Part shown: positions 50,176 to 63,125 of the stretch, in pieces
Layout of the letters: each line of letters begins with the position of its first letter
Position numbering within the stretch: position 1 is the stretch's first letter
Origin: Lepidodermella squamata
Taxonomy: Eukaryota; Animalia; Gastrotricha
Direction of reading: 5' to 3'
NCBI GenBank assembly: GCA_047495785.1
Contig: JBLDXI010000025.1
Span: forward strand, 744,001-808,000
DNA: 64,000 bases
Program-made: the position numbers and the translations under genes
Notes under the pieces: model-generated
What the model was told of the DNA's origin: nothing
The model's database searches: none
The model's input: the letters and a program-made list of their open reading frames with translations, nothing else

Positions 50176-53100
50176 ATGTTTCTCCTAAATTGTCTACTTT
50201 TCACAGCCGCATTCAGCCTGTGTCATTGCCAATCGGTGTTGAGTACATTCGAAAAATGGGTTAGCAAGCCTGAGTTTGAAGGCATGCTACCAGCGACTCT
50301 GTCGCCGTACTACGAAGGGTCAACTGACTCGTTAACTGCATGCACGGGCTACTGCACGGGAAACCAAAGCTGTAGCAGTCTCGCTTACAGCAAATCAAAG
50401 CGAAGTTGCAAGCTGTACAGCCACGTCGGATCACCTACTCCGCTGCCTAAATTGAAGCAAGATTCAGAATCAAATCACAAAATGTACTACAGGGTTAGTA
50501 AAATATTGCCAGCTGCCTCATTGTAAGACGTGTATTCGGCAACAGAGCCACTTTTGCCCGCCAGGCTGGATTGCAGACAACGAGAACGACCGTTGCTATC
50601 TGTTGCAAAATGAATCGCTCTGGCGCCAGTATTCGTGGAAGGTTTGCAGTGAAAACTTTCAGTCGGAGCTGGTAACCTTTCAAAACGTCCAACAGCGGCA
50701 GAAGCTATACCAGGTTTTTTTGCAAACTTGACTAGTTTGAGGATATCTACAATACTAAAGATAAAATAAAAACATGGTTAGATAGATATATTAAAATTGT
50801 AGATATCAGAAAATAAAAGCTCCCTAATGGCCTCGGTTGGGGTCACCTTAAATGCAAAAAACACATTTTCCGGACGTAGTACCGGAAGCACACCAAGTTG
50901 TGTGACGCGCGCGCGTACAGCCAAAACCTTGTAGTGCCCAGTGCGCGTAAACCTTTTTTATTTTGTTTTTTCACGCGAGAACCCCATATTCATTTGAAAG
51001 AGTATTGTCCGAAGTTTATTTTGGTATAAAAATTGCCACGAAACTCTAATGTAGCCCCTTGACATCAGCGCGCGCGGCCTAATTTCGTTAAAAATTCCAT
51101 TTTCGCATTTCGCGCACGTGATACGGAATCAGGAATCAGGTAGGCCTACCGCGCGCACACATACAGCAGGAGGCGGCTACTTTCCTCAAATAAAGTCGTT
51201 CATAATTTGATTTTATGATATTGAACGATTGAGCGCAAGGTGTTAGAAAAAAGTTTCCTCTCAGCTTGATTTTTCGCGTTTATAGCTGCCTATTAGCTCC
51301 CCAGTTTTCCTCACAAACTTGCTAAATTATTTACCTAAAATGCATGCATTACACGGTGTCCACTAGCAGATAAACTGACAGGATCTTATCTGCTATGTTA
51401 ATGGTTTATCTATATTTTGGATGGCGGTTGGCCGGCCCCAGCTATTGCTAGTTACCGATTAAAAGGAGCGGAAATTCGAACTATAGCCTCTTATCGCCCG
51501 ATTGCCCTCCGGCTTTTAGGATTATTTTAGCGCCATATTTTTCCCGTTTTCATAAACCATCTACCGTATTGCTGCAAATACCAACCCTGGCTTATGCAAA
51601 ATTGGAAGGCTGAAAATCACCCGCCCTGCCCCTCAAGTCAAGTCATCCCATAAAAATTCAAGTCACAAGTCAAGTCAAGTCTTCAAAAAAGGGCTGAAGT
51701 CAAGTCAAGTCATGTCAAGTCATGAATTTTTTCGTCGATTTCATCACTAATTAGCAGTTAAAACTGGGGAAAAATCAACTTTTTGACTTGAAATGACTTG
51801 ACATGAATTGACATCAAGTTACACAACTGGAGCGCTCACAATTTCCCATGACTTCACTCATCAACTCATCAGATTATAAAAAATTTCATCAAAAATGCTA
51901 TATTTTGTATCAGGAAAAACGAGTTTGCTGCCACTGTTGTCACATTTGGAAAATAGGCAATAAATCAAATTCAACGGCTTGGAAAAATGGCGCAAACCAG
52001 GAATTTTTCTTCAGCCTGGGAAACAACATTTTATCTCAGGCGCAGCTTTAACCCTGTTAACCTTTAAACGAGTGCGGGATTATGAATCTGGCTCATCCAT
52101 TCGCTTGGTTCCGGGGTTATTACTAAACGAGCGTGGGTCAGTATTTTATAATTACGTGGCGTGAAAGATTCGATACAAGGCGAAGGTGTGAGGTCATTGA
52201 TTTTCCGCTGCTAATGATACTGTTACGACCGAAGTCCGAAAGCGACCACATCGCGGTCTGGTCGACCAGACCCCGATGTGGCTATAGCCTATTTACACGT
52301 CGCGCTCTGGTCGACCGGGTTGCGACGGGCCTGCAATCTCTCTTATCAAACACCTTTGTCGGGATTCGGCTCATAGGTGTCAACCCAGGTACGGTGTGGG
52401 CTCCAAATAGAGAACAATGGACGCGCGTGCGCATTGTCCCGCCGTGCTCCGGCTCACACTTATTGCGCGCAAGCCAGAGCCCGACTGCGCTTATTGACTG
52501 AGTTGAGTGGCCGAACATGTTTTTTAATTAATATAAAATGTAAAAAAATGGTGAAGTCACAAGCTGTATGTCTCACGCACTGTAGTCAAACGATATATAT
52601 TCAGGGCCAATTTACTGATTCGCGATTTTTGTTTCCGCTTGTTTTGTTTAATCGAGCCATTTTGCAAATTTTCTGTTATTTTTGTGACTCAAGCTGTGGC
52701 CGCTCAGGGGCTAGTAGACACTAAACTACAGTATTTCTGCTTCGCTTCCATGGAGATAAAAAATAGAATGACTAGTAAAAAGTTGAAATCAAAGGTAGAG
52801 TCGAGGATTTCAAATTCGCTATTTTGGAAGATATCACGATCCTTCAAACTAACGAAATCATCTATCTTCGTCAATCGATATTGATCGATTTTTCGATTTT
52901 TCTCGATATCGTGTCTAATTTTAAGCCTAAATAAAAATAAATGCAGATTCGAAATCCTCGATGTCGACTCGACCTAGAGGTCAACCTTGGGTTTCTTGGG
53001 GTTTTAAAAATCTAGGCGTAAATTCACATTACATTGGCAATTTTGGCCATGAATTTTCAAGAATAGATGATTATCAACTTTAAATACGACAGTGTACAGT

Positions 53101-56100
53101 GTAAATTAAAATTTAAGCACGGTCAGGTTGTTGAGTTGAAACTAAAAATATCTCATACGACCCAGAACTATTTTCAGCTCCAAGCTTGAGTTAAATTCAG
53201 CTGAAAATGGAAGTGTAGCTCGCACAGACCGGGTAGGTTTGATAGTTTAAGAAATATTCACAATGTTAATCGTTAATCAGCCTAATTTCGCGAAAAATTA
53301 CAACTAGAGGCCTCCGTTCTCCCGTGCGAATCTTTTGATTTTCGTTTTCACTGTACTTAGACCACGGAAACATCATTTTTCGCATAAGCATACATTACTT
53401 GATGAAAAATTAGTTCCAAGTTTAAGAGTGTGAAAAAGTTAGGTACGTATCCGTGCACAAAACTGGAATTCTGGAAGTCTTATCTATTCGAATCGGTTTT
53501 CTAGATTCTCAGGCAAAACGCATCGCCTAATGTAACGAAATGGTGGACTGGCTACGCTTCTTTCTCCGCAAATGTTTGGCCTCGGCCAATTCAAGAGGTA
53601 AAAGGCTACATACGGAGGCAAGGGAACTGCTACGGCAATGATACCGCCATTTTCTATAACGTCAAGAATGCTCAGGAGTGTGCGAACAAATGCGACCGCG
53701 TCTACCGCGATCGATGCGTCGCATTTGTATTCATCCGAAAAGACAAAGACTGTTTTCTGAAATCAGCATCCTGTAACGGCCCAATAGCCACTAGTGACGA
53801 TGAGGACCCTTGGATGTATGACAAAGTCCACAAGGCTCGCCCTCCAGCTATGCGATCCGGCCTCTATTTGATTGGGACCGTTGGCTTTGTCACATTTGAG
53901 TGCGCTGACGGAACGGCTAACAACTTTATGTCGCTTTCAAAATGCGCGGATCTGTGCAAGAGCAAGCGAGGTAAATGCGTGGTCTATCAGCACCAATACG
54001 TTGACCCGCCGGTGGGTAGATGCTGCACGTTCTACAGTGCGCCGCTGACGGGTCTAACGACCAGCAATCCGAGTTTCCTTTACTACCCAACAGACATAGA
54101 CAAGGGTCCATGCCCTTACGGCGTCAGATATCAGGACACCTGTTTGATCGTTCTAAATATGGAACTTTTGGCAGCTAGTCAGCACGCCGAAAGGTGTTCA
54201 GCTATGGGCGGAACTACGACATTGCCTATTCATGCTCCAGAGAAACGAAGGCTTCTCGTGGACGTGTTTGCAAAGTGGTATGCACTCAATTATCCGACTG
54301 CGTGTACAGTATTCGATTTCGGCGCCCTGAACAAAGCCACCTATTCTAGCAGCTCGCCTTATTTTGCATCGCAGATAAATAAGCTGAACTTGTCTTCTTC
54401 ACCGGCTTATGAGCTATGGTCAATGGTTGGCTCGCCGTAAGTTTAACGCCACTAAGATTTAATCTTCGTTCACGTCGCGGAAGAACCCGCACTTAGTTGT
54501 CTCTGATTGCCATATACGGCTTACATGCTAGCATTCGACCGTATCATTGGGTACAGCACGACGTCGCGGCAGTAGTACGAAATTCCTGCTGAACCATAAG
54601 TAGTAATACATATCGTTAGCGTCGTTGAATTACTCGGATTTAGGCTTGTTTACATCCATTTGAAGGGGATAAGTGACAAGTGGAAAGTATATTGTTTTGG
54701 CCTCTTTATTCAAGTTAAAAAACCGCTTCTTACTTGTCACCCGTGACCTTGAAACGGATGTAAACAAGCCTAAATCCGAGTAATTCAACGACGCTAACGA
54801 TAAAGTAACGGATATTAGTACTCAGCAATCCCGGTGAGTACGATATGGAGAAAAGATCGGTTTCGCCGTAGACTTCGAAACGGCAGTAGCATAGTGTCAT
54901 TTCCCAGCTCGGCCAAACCGGTCAAGTAAATGGATATTTCGTCCGCCTTTCCGCCAATTTTAAGAGGTTCCGGATCATATTTTAGTGGGACATCTTGAAA
55001 TGGTTCAGTTTTTGGTTGAAATCACTAGTAATTTCGAGCGATATAAGTGCTGCATACAAATGTCCCGGAACTGTTTCGGAGCAGCTCCAGGATTCAAAGT
55101 CGCACCCTGTTAGCAACTTTTCTGAAAGAATTTCGCCGAATTATTAGCTTCAATGCAAATCATAGAGATGAGATTAATCAGGTTAATCAGGTTGATCTCT
55201 ACGTTGCAAATTGAAAGCTCAGTAACATGACATCTTAGGCCGGATTTTGCGGAGTCAAAGTCCAACTACGTGTTGCTCTGATGGTCGATATGATAGCATC
55301 AATGGGATCAATGGGGCTTGGCAGCACGCGATTCTATCAATTGATTAATATAGTATGAAAAAAATCACACCCACCAACCCGACCAGCCCAACTATCGCGA
55401 CCGACCCAGCAACAAGTAGTTGGACTTTGACACTGGATATCCAGACTAAGATATACATTCCAGAATATTTTGTGGGTCATAGAAAAACGCTGTTTCACAT
55501 CTTGACATCGACATTCATTACCCAGGCATAATGTCGCCTGAATATTCACATTAATTTTACAAGCTAGCATACATATTACATATTTAGGCCTAGCTACAAT
55601 ACTGATGAATGGCTTGTCGGGGCATGTAGAGCCTTGTTCAGCGATGTAACTGTTACCGATAAATTTGTACCTATTTGTGAAATCCGTAAGTTCACATTTC
55701 TCTCGCAAGCTCATTCGTTGCTTCTGCGTATCATTCCTCATAGCTATAAGTCAATCATATCCCCAAGACTGCCGATTCACGCCCTCAGGTCGCGAGTATA
55801 ATGGCCAAAGGTCGAATACTGCAAGTGGGGCCTTGTGCGCTAGGTGGGACGCTACAACCTACAGCCAAATGCAATACCGATTCCCTGAGCAGAACGTCAA
55901 GCATCGCTATTGCAGGAATCCGGACCCTGCTTTGATGCCGAATGGACCTTTCTGCATGCGGGATGACAATAAAACCAAAGCTGAATATTGCGATTCTCTG
56001 CCAATGTGCGGTGAGTTAGCTTAGAAGTCTTCGAATTGACTTTCGTTTGCAACCTGAATGATTTCAGCCGAATCTGACTGGGCAACTGCTCAGGTGTTCA

Positions 56101-56743
56101 CAGATCCTTACATGCCTTACGCAGCCATCACTTTGAGCAATGATTCTTACAAATGGACGACCGAACGCGTCGACGCGAATGCAAGTGCGATCTGTAGCCT
56201 AGATATGGCTGATTGTAAGCCGAAACGTGGCAACTCACTTGAGCGAACTTTCTATTTTCCTCAGGGTGTCCGTATTATTTTCAAGGCAGCTGCTACATCA
56301 TCTATAGAATGGCTAGAAACCGAGCCGAGGCCACCGCTATTTGTCAGAAAACGAATTCTCACCTGCTCACAATAGAAAGTGAGGCTGAGCAGCATTACAT
56401 CACAAGCATAACAATGCACCTTGGAAGTAAGCTGCCTATACCCAATATCGAGTCCCATAATATAGGTTTTAAAACAGGAAAATGGCAAGGCGGTGTATCT
56501 GGCTATCATCTTGGAATATCGTCGCGTATCAACGCGACCGGTCAGTATCCGAAATGGGACACCGGAACGGCGGTTACTTTTAGTAATTACATGCAGAATA
56601 GGCCCTATGCGACGACGGACAGTCCTTACCCAAGTGTCGGTTGCATATATTTCGGCTACGAGAATAACCAGTTTTCTAGCGAATGGTACGACACGGCTTG
56701 CTCTGCAGATGCCTATCCGATCTGCGAGATCGAACTGGCGTGA
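50176..56743 (+). CDS. PAN/CTLD/kringle protein, copy 3 (apparently intact)
   Basis: ATG at 50176 with signal peptide; same exon series as copy 1, with TE-expanded introns; all exons examined are open. Confidence 0.85.
51634..51829. repeat. Decayed MITE-like segment with CAAGT repeats and inverted GACTTG copies
   Basis: CAAGTCAAGTC arrays on the left, GACTTG/ACTTG arrays on the right. Confidence 0.5.
52221..52517. mobile_element. Possible solo-LTR-like insertion in an intron
   Basis: TGTTACGACC...GGCCGAACA termini; homology with the copy 2 intron stops exactly at 52220; no TSD found. Confidence 0.35.
54611..54802. mobile_element. TA-flanked hairpin MITE
   Basis: About 47-bp perfect arms TATCGTTAGCGTCGTTGAATTACTCGGATTTAGGCTTGTTTACATCC; related single arms at about 37190-37220 and 45345-45415. 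Confidence 0.8.
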
Positions 56744-57776
56744 TAAGTATTATGATCGAGCCTGAATTCACTCGGTAGTTGACAATCCTATTAAACTGAT
56801 AGTTGGCTGTTCTGACTTAAAGTGGAGTCAATTCGGTCGGACATTCGTAAACGATACCTAACTATCGTTTAATTGTTATTTGCAATTGTTGTTCGATCTC
56901 ACAATTTTACTGGTGATCCTCCTGATGAGGCAGAGTTGCATAGTTATTTTGGTGAAATTGAAATATCAGAATAAGGATGAGTTTTTGAGTTTGACGGATA
57001 GGTAGCTTGCTACCTGTCCTCCTCCGAATCATGAATGTGTATTTTGCACACAACGTTGTGAACCGCACTTTATTTTATCATTTTCCTTCTCATTTTTCTT
57101 CGTCTCTGTACTTGTACTTAACCCATCGTATCCAATATTATATAGTACTTCCAGTGATAATACGTTTCTAGTGACAATACTTTAGGGTTTAAATCTCGAA
57201 AATATTATTTGTCGAACGGCACCTCGCTCATAGCTCTACCTAACAATGTCATTACTTTATTAGGAATCGAATCCGAAGAAATAGATTTTTCCGATCAGTC
57301 ATCTTCGATATCGATTTCTATCGATACAGTTCTACTTATGATTTAAGTCGATTAGTTCAATTTATTCCCCTAACTTCAAGCTATCTGATGACACATAAAT
57401 CAAGATTATGCGATACTCGTTTATAGGATTCGATTATCGAAAATCGATATCCTAGGGTATATTCACGTTTGATTTTCGGTTGATCTTTGGTTTATTATTT
57501 TGTTCCTGTCAATCTCCGACTTCTATTCATAATTCATATATGAATTTGAATTTGGTGAAAAAAATCGAGCCCTAACTGGAAGGCCTGAGATACCAGGATT
57601 TTCGCCACCCGCAGCTTCTCATGCTTGATTTGCATGCTTTCATAATAACTACGCAATAATTACGCACATTAAATAAATTAAATTTCCCGTTTATTCCGTA
57701 TATATCCGTTGATCATTTCAGATTTCAGATGACAAAGTGACATTTCAGCAAAAAGAGAAATTGAAACTCGCTCAGT

Positions 57777-58783
57777 TCATATCAACAACCAGGCAGGTGT
57801 TTCTTTCATGTACTTCCGATAGTTACTTGCTTTCGGTCCTTTCAGCATGTGAGCCTCGGTGAGGAACGTCGTAATGATAAGAACAATAGTATTCACCGCG
57901 GCTCCAATGACGACATACCAACCAGCTCGCGATAAGGCCCACAAGGCGATGCACCAGTGGAAAGTCGACTCAGCGACGTAGTTAGGGTGCCGCGACCATT
58001 TCCAAATGCCAATCTTCAGAACTGTCGTCGGCTTTCGCAGTGGATCAGTGACGAAGGCTCGGAGCTGATTGTCAGCAATTCCAGCGATTGCGAGGCAAAT
58101 GAAGGCGCTGATAACGCACGAAGCGTCCAAAGCATCTAGCGAATGGCTATCGGAAACGATGTGAAAGTAGGGCAGGATATAGAGGCCTGAAAAAAGGTCA
58201 AAGAGTAAAAATAGTAATAAAGGTAAGATAAGGCCTGAGTGTGAGACATACCTTCAATGAAGTGCTGGAACAGGTACTGAACGACCGGGCTGATCAATGG
58301 CCAGAACGCGCCGAAATCTTTCCTCATTTTCTGAAAGCGGAAATCCTCCTGAGCTCCAAAGGTGTACTCCTCACGCCGCAGGTAGTTGTGAGTCAACCGG
58401 CCAGCCCAAGTCAGTAAGACCGCGGTTAGCAAACCCGCCCTGGTCGGGTTGAAAATGTGGAGATGCATAGCAACGTAGCTATGCTGCCACAACGCGAGGA
58501 TCGGTACAACAGTCCAGTAAAGATCGTTTATCCATCCGTTTCCGTGGATGAAAGACAGGAGGTACATTGGTAGGTAAAGAAGAAGGGCTGCCAGGACGAA
58601 ATAGTCGATGCCTACGGAGCAGACCGACTTGAATTGCCACCATGGCGTTAGTAATTCTTGCCCTGGGCATTTTTCAGCCATTTGCATTGCGACCAAAATG
58701 AACGGAATAGGCAGGAAAAGGGCGTTAAGGAAGCCATTAAAGGCCTTTCGCTTTGTCCACTTGCTGTCTTCCCAAACACCCAT
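57777..58783 (-). CDS. DUF1295 / steroid 5-alpha-reductase-like membrane protein, 2 exons
   Basis: Exons 58783-58252 and 58186-57777; motifs D.YW, WAGRLT, EDFRF, ADNQL, GIWKWSRHPNYVAE. Confidence 0.88.
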
Positions 58784-59691
58784 GTTGAAAATCTATAAAT
58801 ATAATGAGAAAGTTATTGATGAGTTGTGGCAAGAGAAAACCAGGTTTCGAATTCAATAAGAGGAGCACCTGAGTTGGCCTTTTTGAAATGCCTGCTTTTT
58901 TATCAAATTCTGCATGTTATCTAGGTTTAGGTTAATAAACGTTTGGTTTTAGATAAAACGCTATTGAGTGTAATTTCGAGAAAAATGGGCACAGGATGGT
59001 GCCTATGTCAGATGTTGTTGCGCATTTTGGCATGAGTCATTAGTTTGGTTTTCAGATTATAGCGTTCCAAGCCGAATAAAAGGTCAGTTTCCAACATTTT
59101 ACTGAGTATTTCGAACTATTCACAAATATGTTTAATATAGAGTATTTTTTGAGACCTGTGATGAATTGATTTGACCAGATTTTAAGGGTGCTTTTTCCCA
59201 GACAGGGGCATTAAATATTGCTGAAGTTAGGTTGAAAACTGTAGGCCAATATAGGGTTTCATGTGTTCATCTGAATACAATCTTTCTGTTTCTGAATATG
59301 TAATGCATCATCTCATTCACGATTAAAATACGCTTTTTACGTGCAACTGTTTTATACGACTCATTCATGAAAGGGTTTTTTCATAAGGCGCTTGCTATTC
59401 AAACTCTGGTCTGAACATTAAAATCATATTCAAGATTCAAGAGACGTGTTGCGTTACTTCAATGTGATATCGCCCGCTGCTGACTGGCTCTTTCTTTTGG
59501 TAGCGATCTTCCGAATGGTTTGGCTACGAAGCCTGAAGTTTTCTCTTTCCGCACTAGAAAATTAGGAGCAAGTGAGCAAATGACAAATATAACTTTAATT
59601 ACCAGAGTTCTCGACTTCAAAATGTTTATTATGAACAATCAAAACAGTAGTGAACGCTACAACAATAAATCAAGCGACCTGACTGTTCTAT

Positions 59692-62349
59692 TTAGGACCT
59701 TGCCAAAGCGCGAGATTTCGGACGACGCGCTAAACTTGGTCCAATATTCGGCCGATCAACAAATCGCACGAAACAATTGGTGTTATCAGAGCCACAGTTA
59801 CCAGGTCTCTCCAGCTCGAAAAGCAGCATCTGACTCTTCGGCGCTAAATACGGCGCTGGTACATAGAGCGTAACCTGAGGTCCCGTACTAGGCCAATAGC
59901 GCCCGATGTTGTAACCATTGACGAAAAACTGACCCTTACCCCAGTCAGATGGGTCAAAGAACGTATCAGCAATTTGCTGGCCCAGATCAACCTGGGCAAG
60001 GTAGAAGCTAGGGATGACTGCAGCTCCAGCTTGTCGAGACCTCTGCTTCGAGCTCCACAAAGCTTTTTTCGTCATTCTCTTCGTCTCATTATAGCTTCTC
60101 AAGAAATAGCTATGAGCTTGGCTAAGGTCGATTGGAAACATGGTCCAACCTGTTAAGACTTGCCCGTCGAGAGTGATGTTGCCAACAATGCCTTTCCTGT
60201 CATCGATAGCCGATCCGAAACAGATCCTGCCCTGATTCTCGGCCAAAATTGACAGTTTCGACCCTGGGACCAATCCGCTGACAGTGATAACGGCAGCTAG
60301 AGGCCTTTGCACAATTGCGAATAATTGTTGGTTCAGAAAAATGTAACCGCGATCGTGAACTGCACTCAAATTCAACGTTGACCCAGGTGCATTAATAGTA
60401 GTTTCATACAAGATGAAACCGTACGGATGATCGAGAAGCTCTGCAGTTTGCGGCAATGGGGCTTGCGTGAACTTCGGGCCGACTATGTGGAGCATTTGAA
60501 AGAGATCACCCATCAGGGTGAACTTCACCTGGCCATACGCGATTTTGAGGTTATCTGGCGGAACGGGGAACGGAATAGGAGCCTGTAACATCTGTTCGAT
60601 CGCCTGGCGTAGCGCTTTGTATTTAGGCGTTGAGTCGCCAGCCTCTGAAATCGGGGCGTCGTAGTCGTAGCTTGTGACAACGCTTGTGTAAGCTTGACCA
60701 CCCCCCTCAGCGCCAGCATCGTAGCCCCAGTTCGTGCCGCCGTGGATTGGGTAGAAATTGAATGATGCATTGTTCGCCCAGATGTCCATTGCTGTTTTGA
60801 CGACGGCGTCCGTTCCAACGGTGCTGTGGCCTTTATCGCCCCATTGGTCAAACCTTCATTTTTTCAAAATAATTAAGTGAAATGAAATTGATAAAAAGGC
60901 GAAATTTTATCTAAGGGACACAAATTTCGGGGGATTAGAGATTGCGCCTCGATGTTCAAGGTCAAGAGCCAGGTTTTTGTGAAAATTCAGGACATTTTTA
61001 GAAATTTCAGGTACAGCGTGAATAATAGATTTGCATTTAAGACCGATTCAGTGTGCGAATTTCAGGGGGAGGGGAGGGGGGTCCTAGAAGACCTGCCGGG
61101 CCAGCAGACAAAATGAGAATTTATCCCCTGGTTTTGTTGACGTTGAAAGGTTCTGGAGCGTGTTTTGGTGGAAAATCTTCAAAATTTTCTCACTTCGCTC
61201 GGTATTCAGCTGAAATGACTAGATTTTTTCGCAAATAAAATTTTTTCTATTCCTGTCAGCTCTGGGATCCAAGGTAGCACCCTGCCTCTATTCACTGAAT
61301 GGATAGACTTAATGGATAGAATGGATTTGTGTGGAAATTACCGCCTCCAGCTTTTTTCAGGGATTTGGTCGTTTTCCTGCAAATCTTAATCCCCCAATTC
61401 GGGCGGCATTTAATTTTATGATATAATGTTTTCCCAACTTCAAAATGCTGACGTTTATATGACGTTTCAGAGCCAGGTTTTTTAATAGGTAAATGTCAAT
61501 TTCAAAACGATGTTGTGAAACTTAAACAGGTTATGGATATTCGAGATAAACATACCAGCCGGGGTAGAACTCTGAATTCACCAGTGGGCCATGCGGAGCA
61601 TATTGGCGTTGTACAGCGAAAGACCTCTTGACATCATCCGAGGACGTTGGTCCAAAATCAACGGTCGGGTAGACTCCGGGAATAGCGCCACACTTCAAGA
61701 AATAATCCTGATTGCCATCAGTCGTGAAATATACAACATCATCAGGGCCAAGCAGTTTCTGCGTCAAATCACGCATGTAAGCCGTGTAATTCTTGTCACA
61801 GGCGTAATAACTGCCATACTCGTTTTCGATCTGAACCATGATTATTGGACCGCCGTTTTTGTACAAATGAGGCCTCACGAGCGTCAAAAGGATATTGTAC
61901 CAATCTGTCACAGCTGAGATGTAATCGGAATCTGAAGTTCGTAGTTTGATGTTTGGATTTTTCAGCAGCCAAGCCGGAAGTCCGCCCATATCTTGTTCCG
62001 CGTCAATGAACGGTCCAGGCCGTAAAATAACGTTCAAACCAAGCTTTTGAGCAGTGTTGAAATAAACTTCGACATTCGCAATGTCTCTGAAATTCAGCTG
62101 ATCCCGCAGGGGTTGATGAAGGTTCCACATGATGTAAGTCTCGATGGTGTTAAGGCCCATAGCTCGCGCTCGAGTTAGCCGGTCCTCCCAGTATTGAGGC
62201 GGGACGCGGAAGTAATGCAGAGTTCCTGATATGTATCGAAATGGCTGGCCGTCTTTCAGAAAGCGATCGTTGGCGTAATCGATAACAAAAGACCGATCAG
62301 CTAGGAAGCCGCTGATCGATGCAAGTGTAATCAGCAATAGTTTAAGCAT
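59692..62349 (-). CDS. GLB1: GH35 beta-galactosidase (GLB1-like), 2 exons
   Basis: Exons 62349-61556 and 60853-59692; signal peptide; HYFRVP, QIENEYG (acid/base), SEFYPGWFDQWG (nucleophile), TSYDYDAPISEAG, GRYWP. Confidence 0.93.
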
Positions 62350-62619
62350 TTCTATAAGAAATTCGAAAAATTAGGAACAATGAACGAAACTTGTTAACCC
62401 TTAAACTGCGCAAGTAGGCCGTGACGGCCCTTATCATCTTTAAGCGAAATTTGTTTGATGTTCCCCCAGTGTTGCGAGACTGGTCTTTCTCGAATTTTCC
62501 TAACATTTTGTTAACAAATTAGACAATTATTGTTAAGCAATCGAACGCTCTTTTGAACGGCACCGTTGTGTCCTACCGTATCAGGCGAACCGGAGTAACG
62601 GATGGATCGGATTCTCGGA

Positions 62620-63125
62620 CATTATAGGGCGACTTTGCAGTCACGTGAATAAGGTCAAAGTCCGTCTATTTTTTTCTGGTCTTGGTCGCGCGGTCGCGCA
62701 GTCGTTGTGGTCGGGCGGTCGTGTAAAAAAATGCTCACTTAAAAATGAGAGAAAAAAAACGATGCACCACCAGGAGTCGAACTAAGGATGTTGGAATAAA
62801 AAGCCATGTTTTTGATCCACTACGCCACCAATTCATGGCAATTAAGAGTTTCTATCAGTGGATCCGATTAGCAACAATATGGGTGTAAATATTTTCCCGG
62901 CCGATTTCTTCAACTGGTGGCGTAGTGGATCAAAAACATGGCTTTTTATTCCAACATCCTTAGTTCGACTCCTGGTGGTGCATCGTTTTTTTTCTCTCAT
63001 TTTTAAGTGAGCATTTTTTTACACGACCGCCCGACCACAACGACTGCGCGACCGCGCGACCAAGACCAGAAAAAAATAGACGGACTTTGACCTTATTCAC
63101 GTGACTGCAAAGTCGCCCTATAATG
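62620..63125. mobile_element. 506-bp fold-back element with 211-bp inverted arms containing tRNA-like A/B boxes
   Basis: Arms 62620-62830 and 62915-63125 with no mismatch seen; 84-bp spacer; CATTA...TAATG ends flanked by GA on both sides. Confidence 0.88.

Noticed and set aside
62908-62985. Functional tRNA gene (and its mirror copy at about 62760-62835)
   Set aside because: A and B boxes are present, but the acceptor and anticodon stems do not pair and an internal T5 would terminate Pol III.
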